Source: Octopus sinensis
Taxonomy: Eukaryota
Assembly: GCF_006345805.1 (NCBI RefSeq)
Contig: NC_042998.1
Location: forward strand, 16,368,001 to 16,432,000
DNA length: 64,000 nt
Reading direction: 5' to 3'
The notes under the pieces were generated by a model. That model made no database searches, was not told the origin of the DNA, and saw nothing but the letters and a program-made list of their open reading frames with translations. Below are positions 11,606 to 26,129 of this stretch, one piece after another (the stretch's first letter is position 1; each line of letters begins with the position of its first letter). The position numbers were made by a program, and so were the translations under genes.

Positions 11606-14600
11606 ATATATATGTATGTATGTGTTTACGTATGTATGTGTGTGCGTATGTATGCATGAATGAATGTACATATGTCTTTCTGATTCTGCATTATTTTGTA
11701 ATTTTGATTAAATCCTCGAATCTGACTATTTCATACTAGTTTTCCTTTCCCAAAATTATATGTTGTTATCCGTTGGTTATGAGTCACTAGTTGATGTATA
11801 GCATTTTATCACGTTTGCGGTGATAGTATTATTCTAAATTATATTTGAAATACTTATAAAAAAACTGTTGCATATATCTAATTTGAACAAGATCCACATC
11901 AATAGCCAACAGGTTATTTTAATAAAATTATAAACAGCAATGTTTCTGTTTGTACTTTGCTAATATAGAACAGCCGTATGTCACAAATATATTCTGGCAA
12001 ATCTACAAAGTAAAAACTTTGCATGTGAAGAATTGTATGTTGTTTTTTTTTCTTTTCTAAGTCATTGATCTTTTTTTGCATCCACCAATAAATTTTTAAT
12101 ACATCAATACATTGGACTTTCTAACTTATCCATATAATTTTTTCTACTCTTGATCTCTAACTGTTCTTCTGTTATGCCAAGTTTGAGTTGATATTGGTTT
12201 ATATCAAGTTCCTAAAAAAAATATTTCGAAGTTCTTTCTGCTCTTTTTTTATTTCATCTCTATTTCCTTCTTTTAATGTGTATATCCTGTAGAATTAAGC
12301 ATGATTTTGTCATAAATCCAATCCGAATTCTTTATCGGCAAAAATACAAAAAAAAAAATGGTTTTGATCCGTCTGGAACATACGATTATTCCTGTATTAG
12401 TTTATTTTCAGCAACAATATTTTTAACTATGTTGCTTGGGTCAGAGTTCTTTGCCTATACTCTTTTATTACCGTGGGGAATTTATATGCGTCCCGCATTC
12501 ATTTTTGTTTCAAGGGCCAATATATTTTGATCTATGTGTTCAATTTTTTTCTTTATTTTATGTGATATAATGGTATGTTTACTCATCCTTTTGATGTTAT
12601 CCTTCATACGTATATTAAACGATGAATGTCGTTTTATTTAATATTATTTTTCCGTTTTTAATCTCAATTTCGCCACAGTATATATTTCAGAAGCATTCGT
12701 CAATTTATATATATATCAATATAATAGTCTCACACTTTTATACAAACATTGTTACCAATGGACTTGTTATTATATTGCATAATATTAGCTTTGGTATTGT
12801 GTTGCTGTTGTTGTTATTGTTGTTATCATTGTCATTGTTGTTGTTTTGTTGTTGTTGAAGGTTTTTCCTTGTTGACGTCGTCGGTGTCGATGTCGCTACT
12901 ACTCTTATTGCTTGTGCTGTTTGTGGAATTTATATTTGTCTTCGAAAGGTTCTACATCGTTCCGAGTGCAACATGTTGCAGATGAAACGTGTATCTGTGT
13001 CTCGTGAAAGCACGTTGTATCTAAGTTATGCTGCGATGATATATGCCTTTGTGTTATTAAAGAGTTTCATTTTGATATGAAAGCCTATTATTTGGAAAAT
13101 TTGGAAAATAAAATACGCTTCATGTGCTATAGGGTTGAAAATAATTGCTTTTTTTCTATTTTGTGTTATATCATTGTCACTAAGAATATCATTAGTTATA
13201 TTCCTTGTGTAGACACGTCATTGATTCCATTGTTTCCATTAGTAAGAGCATGTGCCGCTTAAGTGGTGTAAATACCGCATGACGTGCTTAAGATGAATTT
13301 TTAGCATTCCTGAGGAATAGGAAAAGCAACTAATATTATTTCTATGAAGTTGCATTCCATAGTTATTCAAGAATCTAAGACTGTGGCAGAAAATATTCGG
13401 TAAACGTGATGCACGCTGAAATCAAGACTAGAACACTTTCGTTAATAAATGAAATACTTAACTTCGAACAGAAGGAAAAAGAAAAATTTTTGAATTCAAG
13501 GGATTTTTGAAATATGACGGATTTTCTTACAATAAGCAGCGTAAAACATGTGTCGCATTTTGTTGTTGTTGCATTAATAGAATATAGTAAAAGTGTTGTG
13601 TTTCTAGTTATTAGGGTCTTCCTTTCACCTCATATGATATTTCTTAGTCATGAAACTAAGATACGTTAAGTAACATTTTACTAGGAGAACCAATGTTACG
13701 TTTTCTATGAAGGAGAAATATTTTTATATCATGCTCTGTGGTATTGATATGCTAAATATCAGGGAAATAAAATTTCTAAGTAAAAAATTGTACGTCAAAT
13801 TAAATGTTGTACGTCTAATTAGATAGCTTGAAATTACAAAATCATACCAAAAACCAACAGTGTATAGTCATGTTTATTTATACTAAAGTCATAATTATTG
13901 ACGAGTTTAGTGTGCTTACAGATATGTAGCGTTTACTAACAAATGTGAACAAGCAGACTTCACTTAGGTTTATGACTAGTTTCCAGTGGATACACGAGAG
14001 AATCCTGATAAAATAGAAATTAATAAAGACCGCAGATAAGGTGTAAGAAATATAATGGCATGCGAAAGCACGCATGCCGTTATATGAAATCATACATACG
14101 CACACACAAATATGCACACACATGTGTATAGATGAGCACATACATATAATAATACATTAAGTTGCTGGCTGCATAGTTTTCTGTGCACATATTTCCTGCG
14201 TACATATTATATTACACACACACACACGTGTGTATATAGATATCCATGTGTGCGAGTGTATGTGGTGTATATAAACAGCAATATTTATATCTATAAATAA
14301 ATTAGCATCATTATTTGAACTTTGATACATTTCCTTAATTTATTAGAATAAATTGACGCATAAGAATATGGAGAAAATCATTTCACAAAGGAGAAAATTC
14401 AAATATTATTGCAAAATCAGTTGCAAGAAGCACACAAACTAGAAAAAAAGGGGTTTGAAACGCTTTCATTTGATTAATGAAATCAATTCAATATATGCTC
14501 AATTGATCTTTTAAAATTAATGCAGGTACACATTGAAATTAACATTTGATATATATCATCGCAAGTGTACATGATTAATGTTAGTACACAGAAAAAAAAG

Positions 14601-14759
14601 ATCCAGGTAACAATCATTTGTTATGTATATGTACGTTACTTATCTGCATGCATAAAGTAAAGTTAAATACCGCTATAGGTACATGCCCAATACTTACAAC
14701 TAGGACACGAGAAATTGTATGTGCTACATACATTTTGATTCACATTTTATTCTACTTCG

Positions 14760-14790
<31 letters not shown>

Positions 14791-14795
14791 ATAGA

Positions 14796-14825
<30 letters not shown>

Positions 14826-14829
<4 letters not shown>

Positions 14830-14836
14830 TAGATAC

Positions 14837-14908
<72 letters not shown>
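14826..14908. repeat. (GATA)n microsatellite preceded by (TA)n
   Basis: Direct inspection. Confidence 0.95.
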
Positions 14909-14909
<1 letters not shown>

Positions 14910-15999
14910 AAGAACAACAATATCTTGGGTACTATATTTTGAAATGTTTCAGCGGAAACTAATAAGAAAATGAGTATACGTGGAAAAAAAGTATTGTTCA
15001 TTATTTTTACATTAATGCATATTACAAGCATTTTTTGTAGATACTTTTCTTCTTAGCTCATTGTTATCTTTACGTCAATCTTGAGCTTTTAAATTTAAAG
15101 TGTTACCTCATTGATATACAATGTTTGATGTAAATATCATTTCTTTTCATAATTTTTTCGAGTAAGTATATAATTATAAATTTTCTATAAGTTTTCTTTT
15201 CTTTTCTCGCGAAGTGCAATTAGAAGAAAATTACATTTTTTCTCGACGAAATATAGAGTATTTTGTTTTCGTTTCGGAATTTTATGTAAACCATTCTTTT
15301 AATTCTCTTTTCTCATAAGATAACGCCTTTTCAGTTTTTAAAAATGTATTTGATAAATTCATCGCATATTACTGATTGGCAACATTCTTTAAATACATAC
15401 TGCATGTGTATCTGGAGAATGGTTTTAATGGTTTTCATATACGTTGTCCATTCAAATAAATGCTTATTTCTTGAAAAATACAATTGAAGAATTTTGTTAC
15501 GCGTGAAGAAAATTAAATGTCTTACATCCAGTTATATTTCTGTATTAAACTTTTGTTATGTTGACCTTCACAAAACCCTCCGTGAACGAGTTTTATGATA
15601 TATATCGCTTACTCGTTTGTGGAGAATATTTTCACATGTTACGTCTAATCCTCTTGCAATAATCCAACGTAATATCCCCGTTCAAGTTATGGAAAGGGAT
15701 ACATTAAACCTGAGCTTCACTATTGTTGTTATGCAGACAATAATTGAAATAAAATCATTTTGCCTAAATCCAGTAAATTAAATATCGGCATCGAAATTGT
15801 TTGCTCTTTCATGCATTCTATATTCGGAGGTATTGGTCTTTTAATCTTTCCTTAATTAATCTTTCTTGTCATTCAGCTTTCTGATCAGCAGCCAATTTTG
15901 TAAATATATACGTACGTGAAAATGCATATGCTTACAGAGGCACACACATATATATGCATGTCATGCGTATATATGTATGTAAAGATATATATCAATATA

Positions 16000-16022
16000 T
16001 ATACACGTATATATATATGTAC

Positions 16023-16072
<50 letters not shown>

Positions 16073-16093
16073 TCATATACTCGCATATATTCG

Positions 16094-16189
<96 letters not shown>

Positions 16190-16218
16190 AAGAAACAGAT
16201 AGATAGATAGATAGATAT

Positions 16219-16267
<49 letters not shown>

Positions 16268-16272
16268 CAGAT
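16000..16272. repeat. Compound (TA)n-(GA)n-(GATA)n microsatellite
   Basis: Direct inspection. Confidence 0.95.
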
Positions 16273-17384
16273 AGTTGCATATACACACACATATGCTATG
16301 TTTTTCAGCGTTTGAGAGTGTTGTGAGAAGTTTGTATGTAAATGCATGCAAGAACACTTTATTAAAGTATGAAAGTCGCGCATTTTTGCGTTAATACATT
16401 TCTTCTCACAATTTCAAAGTTAAATATTACATTGAAATTCTATTCAACCCTTCGGTTTTGATATATATTTTTTGCAGTTTTTATATTTGTTTCCTACAAT
16501 CTTTTTCTTTTTTTCTTTCATTCTTTTTTCTTACTACACAGCAATGTAAAAAGATCTGCCTCTTTATTGATGTGAAATTTTGAATATCAATGCATATAGT
16601 TAAACTTTCAATATATATACATGCAGTGAAAATGTTCGTGCTGTAACGAAGAAAATTAAATTAGAATTAAGAAGACAAGATGAGAATGAAGTGCACTGTA
16701 ATTTACAAGTATATGCTTCTCTGCATGCATGCATGTATATTACACTACGACCTATGATATGTCTCATGAGATTCTATATTTAGAGCTAGAAATATCTCCT
16801 CGAATTACAGGCAAAATCTTTTGAGGAGGTGCAGTTGTTCCCAGTTGCCGTGGCACTACCTTCTCCACGTTGTTCTCTTCTATCAAATAAAAACGAAGAC
16901 GTAATATAGTTTGTCCCTAGGGTGGATACTTGTTTTTCAGAATAGATTACCCATCTCAAATTCTCATATTTAGACCCTCAGGTATTCCGCCAGTCGACTC
17001 TTTTCTGGTCATTCGAGCTTGTAAAATCCATATCAATGTAAATACATGATTATCGCTACCAGAATGAATGGATGTTGCTTAGGACAAGTTTTCCACATGT
17101 CGCATTTAAAGTAGGTGAATCTGAATTTTGTGTATCATAACAAGTACTATTTACGTCAAATCCTCTTGCAGTAATCCAACGTAATATCTCCGTACCAGTT
17201 ATAGAAAGGGATACATTATACACGAGCTTCACTATTGTTATGCAGACAGTAAGTGAAATAAAAAGCGTGAAATCATATTAATGAAGAAAATATTTAAAAC
17301 CCAATTCATAGTGAGGAGCAGTGAAATGGGAAATATTGAGCTCAAATTTTGGAACAACGCCAGCGTTGAAGTTGATTGCATCTA

Positions 17385-17540
17385 CCACTCTGTCTAACTG
17401 GTACTTATTTTATCGACCCCGAAGGTATGAAAAGCAAGGTCGACCCCGGTAGAATCTGAACTAAGAACGTAATGATGAACTAAATTTTGCTAAGTATTTC
17501 GCCCAGCTTGCTAAATATTCTGCCATCTCGCCACCTTGGA
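17385..17540 (-). mobile_element. Nin/Deu-like SINE, degenerate
   Basis: actggtacttattttatcgaccccgaagg..gaaaagcaaggtcgacc is the reverse complement of the core at 4590-4640. Confidence 0.75.
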
Positions 17541-18892
17541 AATGGAAAATATTGACTATCATCATAATTTGCATGTTTGTTTACATTTTATATTCAGCGC
17601 ATTTGTAATTTCGATGCTTTACTTTCAATCATGCAAAAAGAGGAACCACCTTATTACTCGTTAAACAATATTAATCTTTATTATACAACTTACGTACCAA
17701 TAATTTTGTAATTGTTAGTATTAAATATGATTTTTCCCACTGAAGATATAGTTTTCATACGGATTTCGTAGTTGAAAAATGAAACCGTATATTACTTTTC
17801 TAATCTACTCTAAGTGATAGCAAAATTTAGATGGAAAACCGTTATGCAAATACACAAATTACATTGCTTTGTTAAATACTAGAATCAACGTTTGATTAAC
17901 TTAAATCACACATATCTGTTCATAACCGTCACTGAAGAGACTTGCAGTTATATAACTGTTGTTTAGTATGAATAAAAATATGAATCAGCGGCACATCTTA
18001 ATTCCTGTAAAATGTTAGCGTCTGGATATATATAATTCTAGTCGGGATATGTTTCATGGGAAGAATTCTGTAGGGAGAGAGATTTGGAGGTCACTCAGAA
18101 AACATCACAAGTCATATTCGGCTATGTATATTCACATACTCAATTATCCATGCTACTTTCACATTGTCAAAATTACGTGGGGGTTTTCCCTGCTTCGACT
18201 TTAGACAATGTGATATAGATAAACCAGTTGGTTATCCATTAATATCGGCACATAATGATACGCATTACATTCGCTACGATAGGTCTTATAATCAAACGGC
18301 ACAACCTTGGAAAAGCTTCCTTTACTAAATTAAACTGGTTGTCTGTTATATAATGAGGCAGTTGTTTCGGTCGGTAAATCTCTTACGTGAATTGATTCAC
18401 TCATCTGACTAAACTTATACCATCAATATGCCGAATATTGTGAGAAAGGAAGACCACCATACACTCGCACAATTAATATCGTGAAACAAACATCCTTCGA
18501 TTAATATTTGCATGTGTCTAGGGTTTAAGTGCAAATGCTTGTAGGTGTGATAATGCTTGCCTGTTATACGTTTCATTTAACTTTGCCTAAGCGATATCCA
18601 ATTATGTTTCTTGCACCGTTGGCTGATTTGCCTAATCTTCAAAACTGACTGACACGAAGCAAGCAAAATAGCTTCACTCACTAAATCCATTACCGCCAAC
18701 ACCAACCCAGCCACCATTTGCCAAGCAACAAATGAGTTATTCTCTCAGACGATAGATCACACGTAAATCCTTTCCTCCATAGTTATTCTACACTAATTGG
18801 TTGGTTAACTAAAACACTCTGATAATAAACAACAAGTTTCTGTTGTAACGCAATATAACTAGCTAATATGTATAAACTTAAAATGTGTCGAA

Positions 18893-20172
18893 CGAGGTGT
18901 GTTCATTAAAGATTTACTCTGAGCTACTTCCCAAGGACTGGGATAAACGAAGCTCAGCATAATTTTTAGGCATTCTACGTATAGCTACCACCAATGGTGA
19001 AACACTTCTCCCATTGCTATATACAGCTGCGAAGGCTTCGTTTGTAGAAGTCGGTAGGTTACGTCCGGAGCCAAGATTTTACCTCGGAAATAAGTTCATC
19101 ATCATCCGAAAACGAAAAAGTACCTTCGCTTCAAAAGAGACTTCATTGGTGGAAAGATGTGGAAGTCAGATGATGCGAGTTCAGGGGAGTAAGGGGGATG
19201 AGGAAGGATTTCATAGCCACAAGGAGTGTGCTTTCATCTGGGCAATGTGCGCATTGTGAACTGGGGCATAATATTGGAGCAAGCGGATTTGATCAGCATG
19301 GCACGCTTCTCTGCTTTGATGGCGCCCCGCAATTTCTGCTGCAGAGAAGCATAATATTCTCCGTTAATTGTGGTGCCCATTGCCAGAAAATCCATCAACA
19401 CTACTCTACACTGATTCCAAAAGACTGTCAGCATCACCTTGTCTACTGAGGGTTAAACACTAGCTTTCTTAGGATGTGGTGAATTATCAATCTTCCTTGG
19501 TATCGACTGGTTTTTATTCTATCATAGTGATGTATCTATGTTTCATCATATGTGATAAGTCCGCCAAACAGTCCGCCTCATTTTTATGCCAATTTACCAA
19601 AACATCTTAGGGGTAATTGACTTGTTCCTGCATCTGAAAAGGTGTAAGTACCCGGGATATTCATCGTGCAGACAACCACCGCAGTTGAAAATAGTCGTGA
19701 ATGAATTTTTTTCCGCAGACCCTACACTTATCTTCGCTGCTTGGGCAAGTTACCGAATAGGTATGCGATGATCCTCCAGCATGACGTCTTCCAATTTATG
19801 GACGGTGTCGTCATCAATGGCGGAATTTGGACGTCTAGGAATAGGAGCATTTTTCAACGATTTGAACTAGCGATGCCATTGCCTTACTACGTCCTATGAT
19901 GTTGCATCATCACTATATATGTCTTTCATCTCATCGAAAGACTCTTTTGGTGTATGACTTTCAAGTATAAGTACTTGATCATTGATTGCATTCCACTGCC
20001 TCCACTATAACACTTAGTCCACTTCAGCAGCCGTAAAGGAGAAACGAATACTAGTGGAAAGCTGCAATTTACAAAGTTACGTGTAGAAACATGTGTAATT
20101 ATACCTCTACAAGTTCGATTTTCTGCAATAACTGGAAGTGGGTCAGAAGAAATATTTAATGAACACCTCTCG
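18893..20172 (-). mobile_element. Full-length (~1.28 kb) inactive mariner transposon
   Basis: Degenerate ~39-bp TIRs (18893-18931 / 20134-20172); frameshifted transposase including MLTVFWN...VVLMDFL..GTTINGEYY..L.QKLR.AIK. Confidence 0.85.
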
Positions 20173-21869
20173 TAAATGATATCAAAACCTCAAGTAACAT
20201 ATATTTTCGATTTTATTTTAAGTTGGATGCTTTACTATTTCTCATTGAGAATGTAGTCTGCAATAGTTATGTTAACCTTTTGAGCAAAGAAAAGTTTTTG
20301 AAATTAAAGGCCTTTCATGATAGGGGAACACCTAGGCTGGTTGGTGAGAGTTGTTGGTAATATGAATCTATTGGAATGAGTGCTTGTTTTCCTCTATCAC
20401 AATCATATAAGAGCATCTTTTGATTTTTGGTACTGTTACGTAATTTTCAAATATCCTGTAGAACCAATGTCAACGTTTGTATAGAGAAGCGCAATAAACC
20501 CGAGAATGGACGATACGAGCTTAATATAAAAAATCTGTCATAATTGAAAGAACGCCTATTCGGAAATAAACTTGTTTTATAGAATTAACTGATCTTTCGA
20601 TCGTTAACTTTACTTATTATAAGCGTGCCATTAAAATTAAGGGCGGACATTTTTCGTAAATATATTTGCATTAAGTTGGTTAAAAATTCTCAGATTTTTA
20701 TAGCAAAAAATGGTACTCCGTTTTGTGCTGGAAACACAATAATTTTTTTTTTAAAGGAAGAAGATAAATAACATAAAAATACTAACTTTTAAGTAATGCA
20801 TTATTTAGTGCATTTTTATCCTGGTGGAGAACACGCATATTTCAACAGTCTGATACAATACGAAATTTTTTTATCATTTGATGAATCATATTGGAATGAT
20901 GTGAAACCATTGCTTTGTATATTGAAATATTGATCGACGTATACGAATATGTAATGTTTCTAAGATACCATGAAATCTTTTAAGATTGATTAGTCCCGAC
21001 AAAATTGTATAGTGGTTCTGTGTTACATTTTTATAGTAGGCAAGGATAATTCAAATGGTATAGATTGAATGAATTATAGTGGAACACTTACCTCAAATGT
21101 AAAAAGTACGGGCGTGACTCCCACCAAAGAAACCAAGCCAAAGTTTCTTTTTTTTAATGTAAAGAGCAGAAAATACGTATTAATGCAAATGTTTGAAAGA
21201 CAAGATAGTCTCCAGACATACACACATAAACACACACGCATGCGCATATCTGTACAAATATATAGCCACACTACTCATATTGTGTGTCATATTGTCACTG
21301 TATTTTTAAATATCAGAACGACATCTATGTGCACGCATGTGCATCAGTTAGAAACCTATTTACTATAATACTAATGACGCTAATATATTTTTAAAATTTA
21401 TCAATTATGGCTTGTAAGTTGTCTTTAATTCGGAAATAATCAAGCATTTCGTCCATGTTTAAAAGGAAATTTCATCACATAAATTACAGCTAGAGAGTTT
21501 AGTCATTTTTTCGTGAAAATATTATGTGTATTCCATTTAATTATACGCTTCATCTATTCATTAAGCCTAAGGAAGTTTCAGTATTTGTTTTCTTTATGGA
21601 TGAAAATCAATTGAATGTTATAATTATGATAGACATTCTACAAAGAAGCGTTGTTTTAGTGTTGTGTTTATTTCAAATATTTTATGTTGCAAGCGCTAAA
21701 AATATAACATCGCTTACATGTCACTATAACCGTAAGTTCACATTAGATGAATATGTGTGTGTGTGTGTGCGACGGCACACGCGCGTAGGTGTGCGTGTGT
21801 GAATGCATGTGTGTGTACGTGTTTTGTATGTATGTATATATATATATGAACATTATACTTAAGTATGTT

Positions 21870-21921
<52 letters not shown>

Positions 21922-21928
21922 TACATAC

Positions 21929-21991
<63 letters not shown>

Positions 21992-22174
21992 AGAATATTC
22001 TTCAATTACGTGTTTGGGCTTTATATATAATAACACAAACACCTCTACTCATTATCTCTCCCTTTCTGTATATAAGTTCATACACGCACATACATCTCAC
22101 ATATACACACACACACACACATATTCACTTACTAGTTAAAATATTCGAGCTACGTCTAACGCAGGACACGGCCG

Positions 22175-22207
<33 letters not shown>

Positions 22208-22210
<3 letters not shown>

Positions 22211-22714
22211 GATAAATCTCAGAGCGAGTTATAAGCAGTAGCAGCAATACATCGTTACGTATAGTTGCCATTTGAATATGGCTAACCCCTAAGGGTGGAT
22301 GCTACTGTGGTTTGTAGCCTCAGGAGGACACCTCCTCCAGCTGGCTATAGACACACTTTCTGTGCCTTATCAGTATTTGCAAAGGAAGCCATCCTTCCCG
22401 TCTTCTTATGATACACATGGACTCGAGTTTCATGGTATTGACCCGTCATCGGCGTGTGACAATCATAGTTGTCGATGAGAAGTAGGTTCCCTTCACAAAT
22501 ACATATACTTTTTCCAGTATCGATTGACACTGATATTGCAAAAGTGAAATCAAACAATGATAAATCTCAGAGCGAGTTATAAACAGTAGCAGCAACACAT
22601 CGTGACATATATTTGCCATTTGAATATGGCTAACCCCTAATGGTGGATGCTACAGTAGTTTGTAGCCCCAGGAGGACACCTCCTCCAGCTGGCTATAGAC
22701 ACACTTTCTGTGCC
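22208..22714 (-). mobile_element. Element with 159-bp direct repeats (22208-22366 / 22556-22714) around a 189-bp core
   Basis: Two similar copies of the module seen at 4781-4945; (TA)n at the left end. Confidence 0.85.
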
Positions 22715-23759
22715 CTATGCCAATTGCAGCGACATCTAGCTGTTGAACTCGTTGTGACGATGTGACTTTGTTAAGTATCGAGGCATACTAACGACGTATT
22801 ATGAGATTGCGCCAGTGAAGTGCAACTCTATAATTCTGTTTACAGAAAATCAATCACTGCAAATGTAAATATAGTTCTAATTTTCTCTTTTAGTATCAAT
22901 GCACATAGCGCACTGAGGAAGATCAAATAGCCATTCAAAGATATTTATTCTACGAGTGCAGTTAACAATTTAAAATTCCCATGTTAAAGACGTTCAGCTT
23001 TCATGTTGACAGTAAACTTGTTAGATATTAAAGAGAGCAACTGATTAGATTGCTGCATTGTAGTAATAGGAATGTTATAAATTTGCTTCTTAGATGCTCT
23101 TACAGTGAAACATATTGAGAAGCTATTGGATTCATAGTCACCTCATTTACAGGAATGTGTTACAATTACCATTTTACATCCTCTGTAAATCGATATATCT
23201 TCATAAGTAGTGTAACTATTCCTAAATCATATATGCACACGTTATATGTTAAGTTAAATGTTAAACTTTCAAAACAGGAAACAAAACATACTGTCAAGTT
23301 CGTGTAAAAGAGAGAGAGAGAGAAAATAATAACGACACAATACAGCTGTTACAATGCATAGGTAGTGTTGTGTTAAATATCCTTTCCTGTCATCATATGT
23401 AGCTTCTATGAAAATCCATTTTCGAAATACACCTTCTACACAGAATTTTAGAGTACCTTTCCCATATAATATCATTCATTCTTTTTGTAAGGTTTGCTGA
23501 TAAAGGAATTGCTTCAAATAATTCGCTTAAAAACAGCATAGCGAACACAAATTAAAAATGTTAATATAAGAGAAAGCGAAAACAGTGCGAATGAAAAATT
23601 ATGTATTTTACACTGGTGATACTGAAAAATGTATGTATGTTTCCTATACTAATTTGTTCAACTGAACTGTAAAATTACTATTATACCAAGGGTTTTATGT
23701 GTACACATGTAAGAGCGGATGGCATATCTATCTGCTACTATAATCTTGTGGTTGTTTGC

Positions 23760-24100
23760 TTGCTTGCTTGCTTGCTTGCGTGTTTGTCTGAAATTTAATA
23801 CAGCCCAACTGGCGTATAATGGGAAAATACTCTAAAAGTAAAGCACCCCTGTAACGTGAATTGAAACAGAATAAAACAAGCTTTGCGGATATCGGACCAC
23901 AGATTCTCGAGATACGCGGGGTTTTAGGTTTGTTTCCACAAATTTAAGCTGTGTAACCTAGAGTAATTGTTCGTTAATGCGAACACCAGGATAGTTTTGT
24001 TTTCGTCCTTGCTTGCGTGCATAATTGTCTGTATTTTAATAATCCAAACCGGCGCATAATGGGAAGATACCCTTAAATTAAGGTGCCCCTGAAATGGAAA
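23760..24100. repeat. Diverged local duplication (~100 bp at 23765 and 24009)
   Basis: ttgcttgcgtg...ttgtctg...ggcg(t/c)ataatgggaa.atac...cccctg.aa in both. Confidence 0.6.
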
Positions 24101-24151
24101 TACAAAAGGATATATAATAATAATAAAAATAATAATAATTTATTTAGTAGT

Positions 24152-25020
24152 TTACATGGGAGGCTGATGGAACAACTTCAGGATTTCCTCAATGGAGAAA
24201 TAATACCCGATTGTATAACTAGAAGGAGGACATTACACATTATGAAAGATAAGAGCAAGGATAATACAGGTAGCAACTATAGTCCAATCACTTGCATACC
24301 ATTAGTGTGGAAGCTGTTAACAGGAATGCTTTCAGAAAGCATTTATGAGCACCTTGACAACCAGAAGAACAGAAATGTTGCAGGAAGAAGGCAAGAAGAA
24401 CACATGATCTATTATATATATATAGACAAAGCAATTCTAAATGAAGTAAAAGCTAGAAAGAAAAATCTAACAATGGCATGGATAGATTATAGGAAAGCCT
24501 ATGACATTATCTCACACTCATGAATAAGTGAATGTTTGAGTATTTTCAGTATAGTAGACAACATAAGAGAATATATTATCTTTAGCTTGAAGGAATGGAA
24601 AGTAGATCTCTACTCAGTTGACTCACTCTTAGGGAAAGTTAGTATCAAGAGGGTTATTTCCTAGGGGTGCTCGTTGTCCCCTTTAATATTTGTTTTATGC
24701 GTGATTCCCCTCAGTTTAGTATTAAGGAAGGCAAATGCAGGTTATTAGTTGAGAAATACTAATGAAAAGTTAACCATTGCCTCTATATTAATGACCTAAA
24801 ACTTTTTAGCAAGAATACAAAAGATATAGATTCATTAATACAGACTGTAGGATTTTTCAGTAAAAGATATAGGCATGGAATTTATCATACATAAGTGTTA
24901 AATATTAGTCATGAGAAGGTAGTCAAAAGCGAAGGTATCCAATTACCAGATGGCTAGACATTAAAAATCACTGAAAGAAGGACAGTGTTATAAGTAGGAG
25001 TATTAGAAAATGAACAGACG
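24152..25020 (+). mobile_element. R4/Dong-like (RLE-type) non-LTR RT fragment, 5'- and 3'-truncated
   Basis: NYSPITCIPLVWKLLTG, IDKAILNEVKARKKNLTMAWIDYRKAYD.ISHS, GCSLSPLIFVLCVIPLS; many stops and frameshifts. Confidence 0.8.
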
Positions 25021-25351
25021 ATAAAGAAGTTATCGTCTGCTGAACACTTAGAGTCAAATTACCTTTCTTTTCACGAAGACGATGTTTCAAGTCAACATTG
25101 AAAGTGAACTACCTTATTATCTTCGTTTTTTATTATTTACAAAACTTTCCTCATTCACTCACTGTCTTAGAAAGACAGATTTCAAAAGTTTAAATTGCTA
25201 TCACTTAGTATCTTATCCGTTTTAATCTTTTAATTTTCCGTCACGTTCTGTTCTCAAAAATCATCTAAATTTTAAACTGAAGGTGAAGTCCCTTACTGAA
25301 TTTATCAAAAAATTCAACAATTACATTAATTTATTAGTTCCCCCATTTAAT

Positions 25352-25725
25352 AAAGTCATTGGCGATGGAAACTGTATGTTGAGAGTTGTATCACACTTGC
25401 CCAAGCACAGTAGGAATTAGCGAACTCTTCGAGAAGAGCCCGTACAATACATATGCAATACTTGTGGGTATTCTAATTCTTTTATTCCTAAAAGTATAAG
25501 GCAGAAATATCAAGCATACATGTGGACAGATGGAACATAGGGCGGTAATGTTGAACTAGCTGCTATTAGTGATTTGTGCAATGTTGCAATTCAGGTTCGT
25601 TACAAAAATGATGATGAAATTATTCTTCCTCTGTTCACCGTTTGCAGTCGAACAGTTATTGGAGGGAAGATTTCTGTGTTACATAGTGGTGAAATTGACA
25701 ACGGCCACTACGATGCTCTCTTTCT
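25352..25725 (+). pseudogene. OTU cysteine-protease domain (Helitron-associated)
   Basis: VIGDGNCM at 25355, GT*GGNVELAAISDLCNVAIQV at ~25530 and GHYDAL at ~25703. Confidence 0.8.
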
Positions 25726-26129
25726 CATAAACAGTTATGAGCTTGAGTGAAATGTAGAAGGAAATGAAATATCACAAGACAGTAAAAAAAAAAAAAAAAA
25801 ATAATGGGAATTCAAACTCTTAATACGAAAATTGTAGAAGTAAAATACATCAGAAAGTTGGGTTGCAAAAAATTAAGGAATACGAGTAGAAGACAAGAGA
25901 ATGAGAAGGGGATAAAGATAAGGAAATAAGATTGTAGAGAATAAAGGGAAATTATAGAAATGAAAAGTAGATGAAAATAAAAAATCAAATAGATACGATT
26001 GCAAAAATGGAGAGAGAAAGGTAGAATAAAAAGAAAAAGCAGAAAAAGTATGGGCAATTTCAATGCCAAGGCGTAGCATTTAATGATGATCCTAATCGTA
26101 ATTATGCATCTGAAAAAAATTCTATCTCT

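Noticed and set aside
12860-13075. TM-like peptide (VVGVDVATTLIACAVCGIYICLRK)
   Set aside because: It continues from a (TGT/GTT)n low-complexity tract, with no splice or homology support
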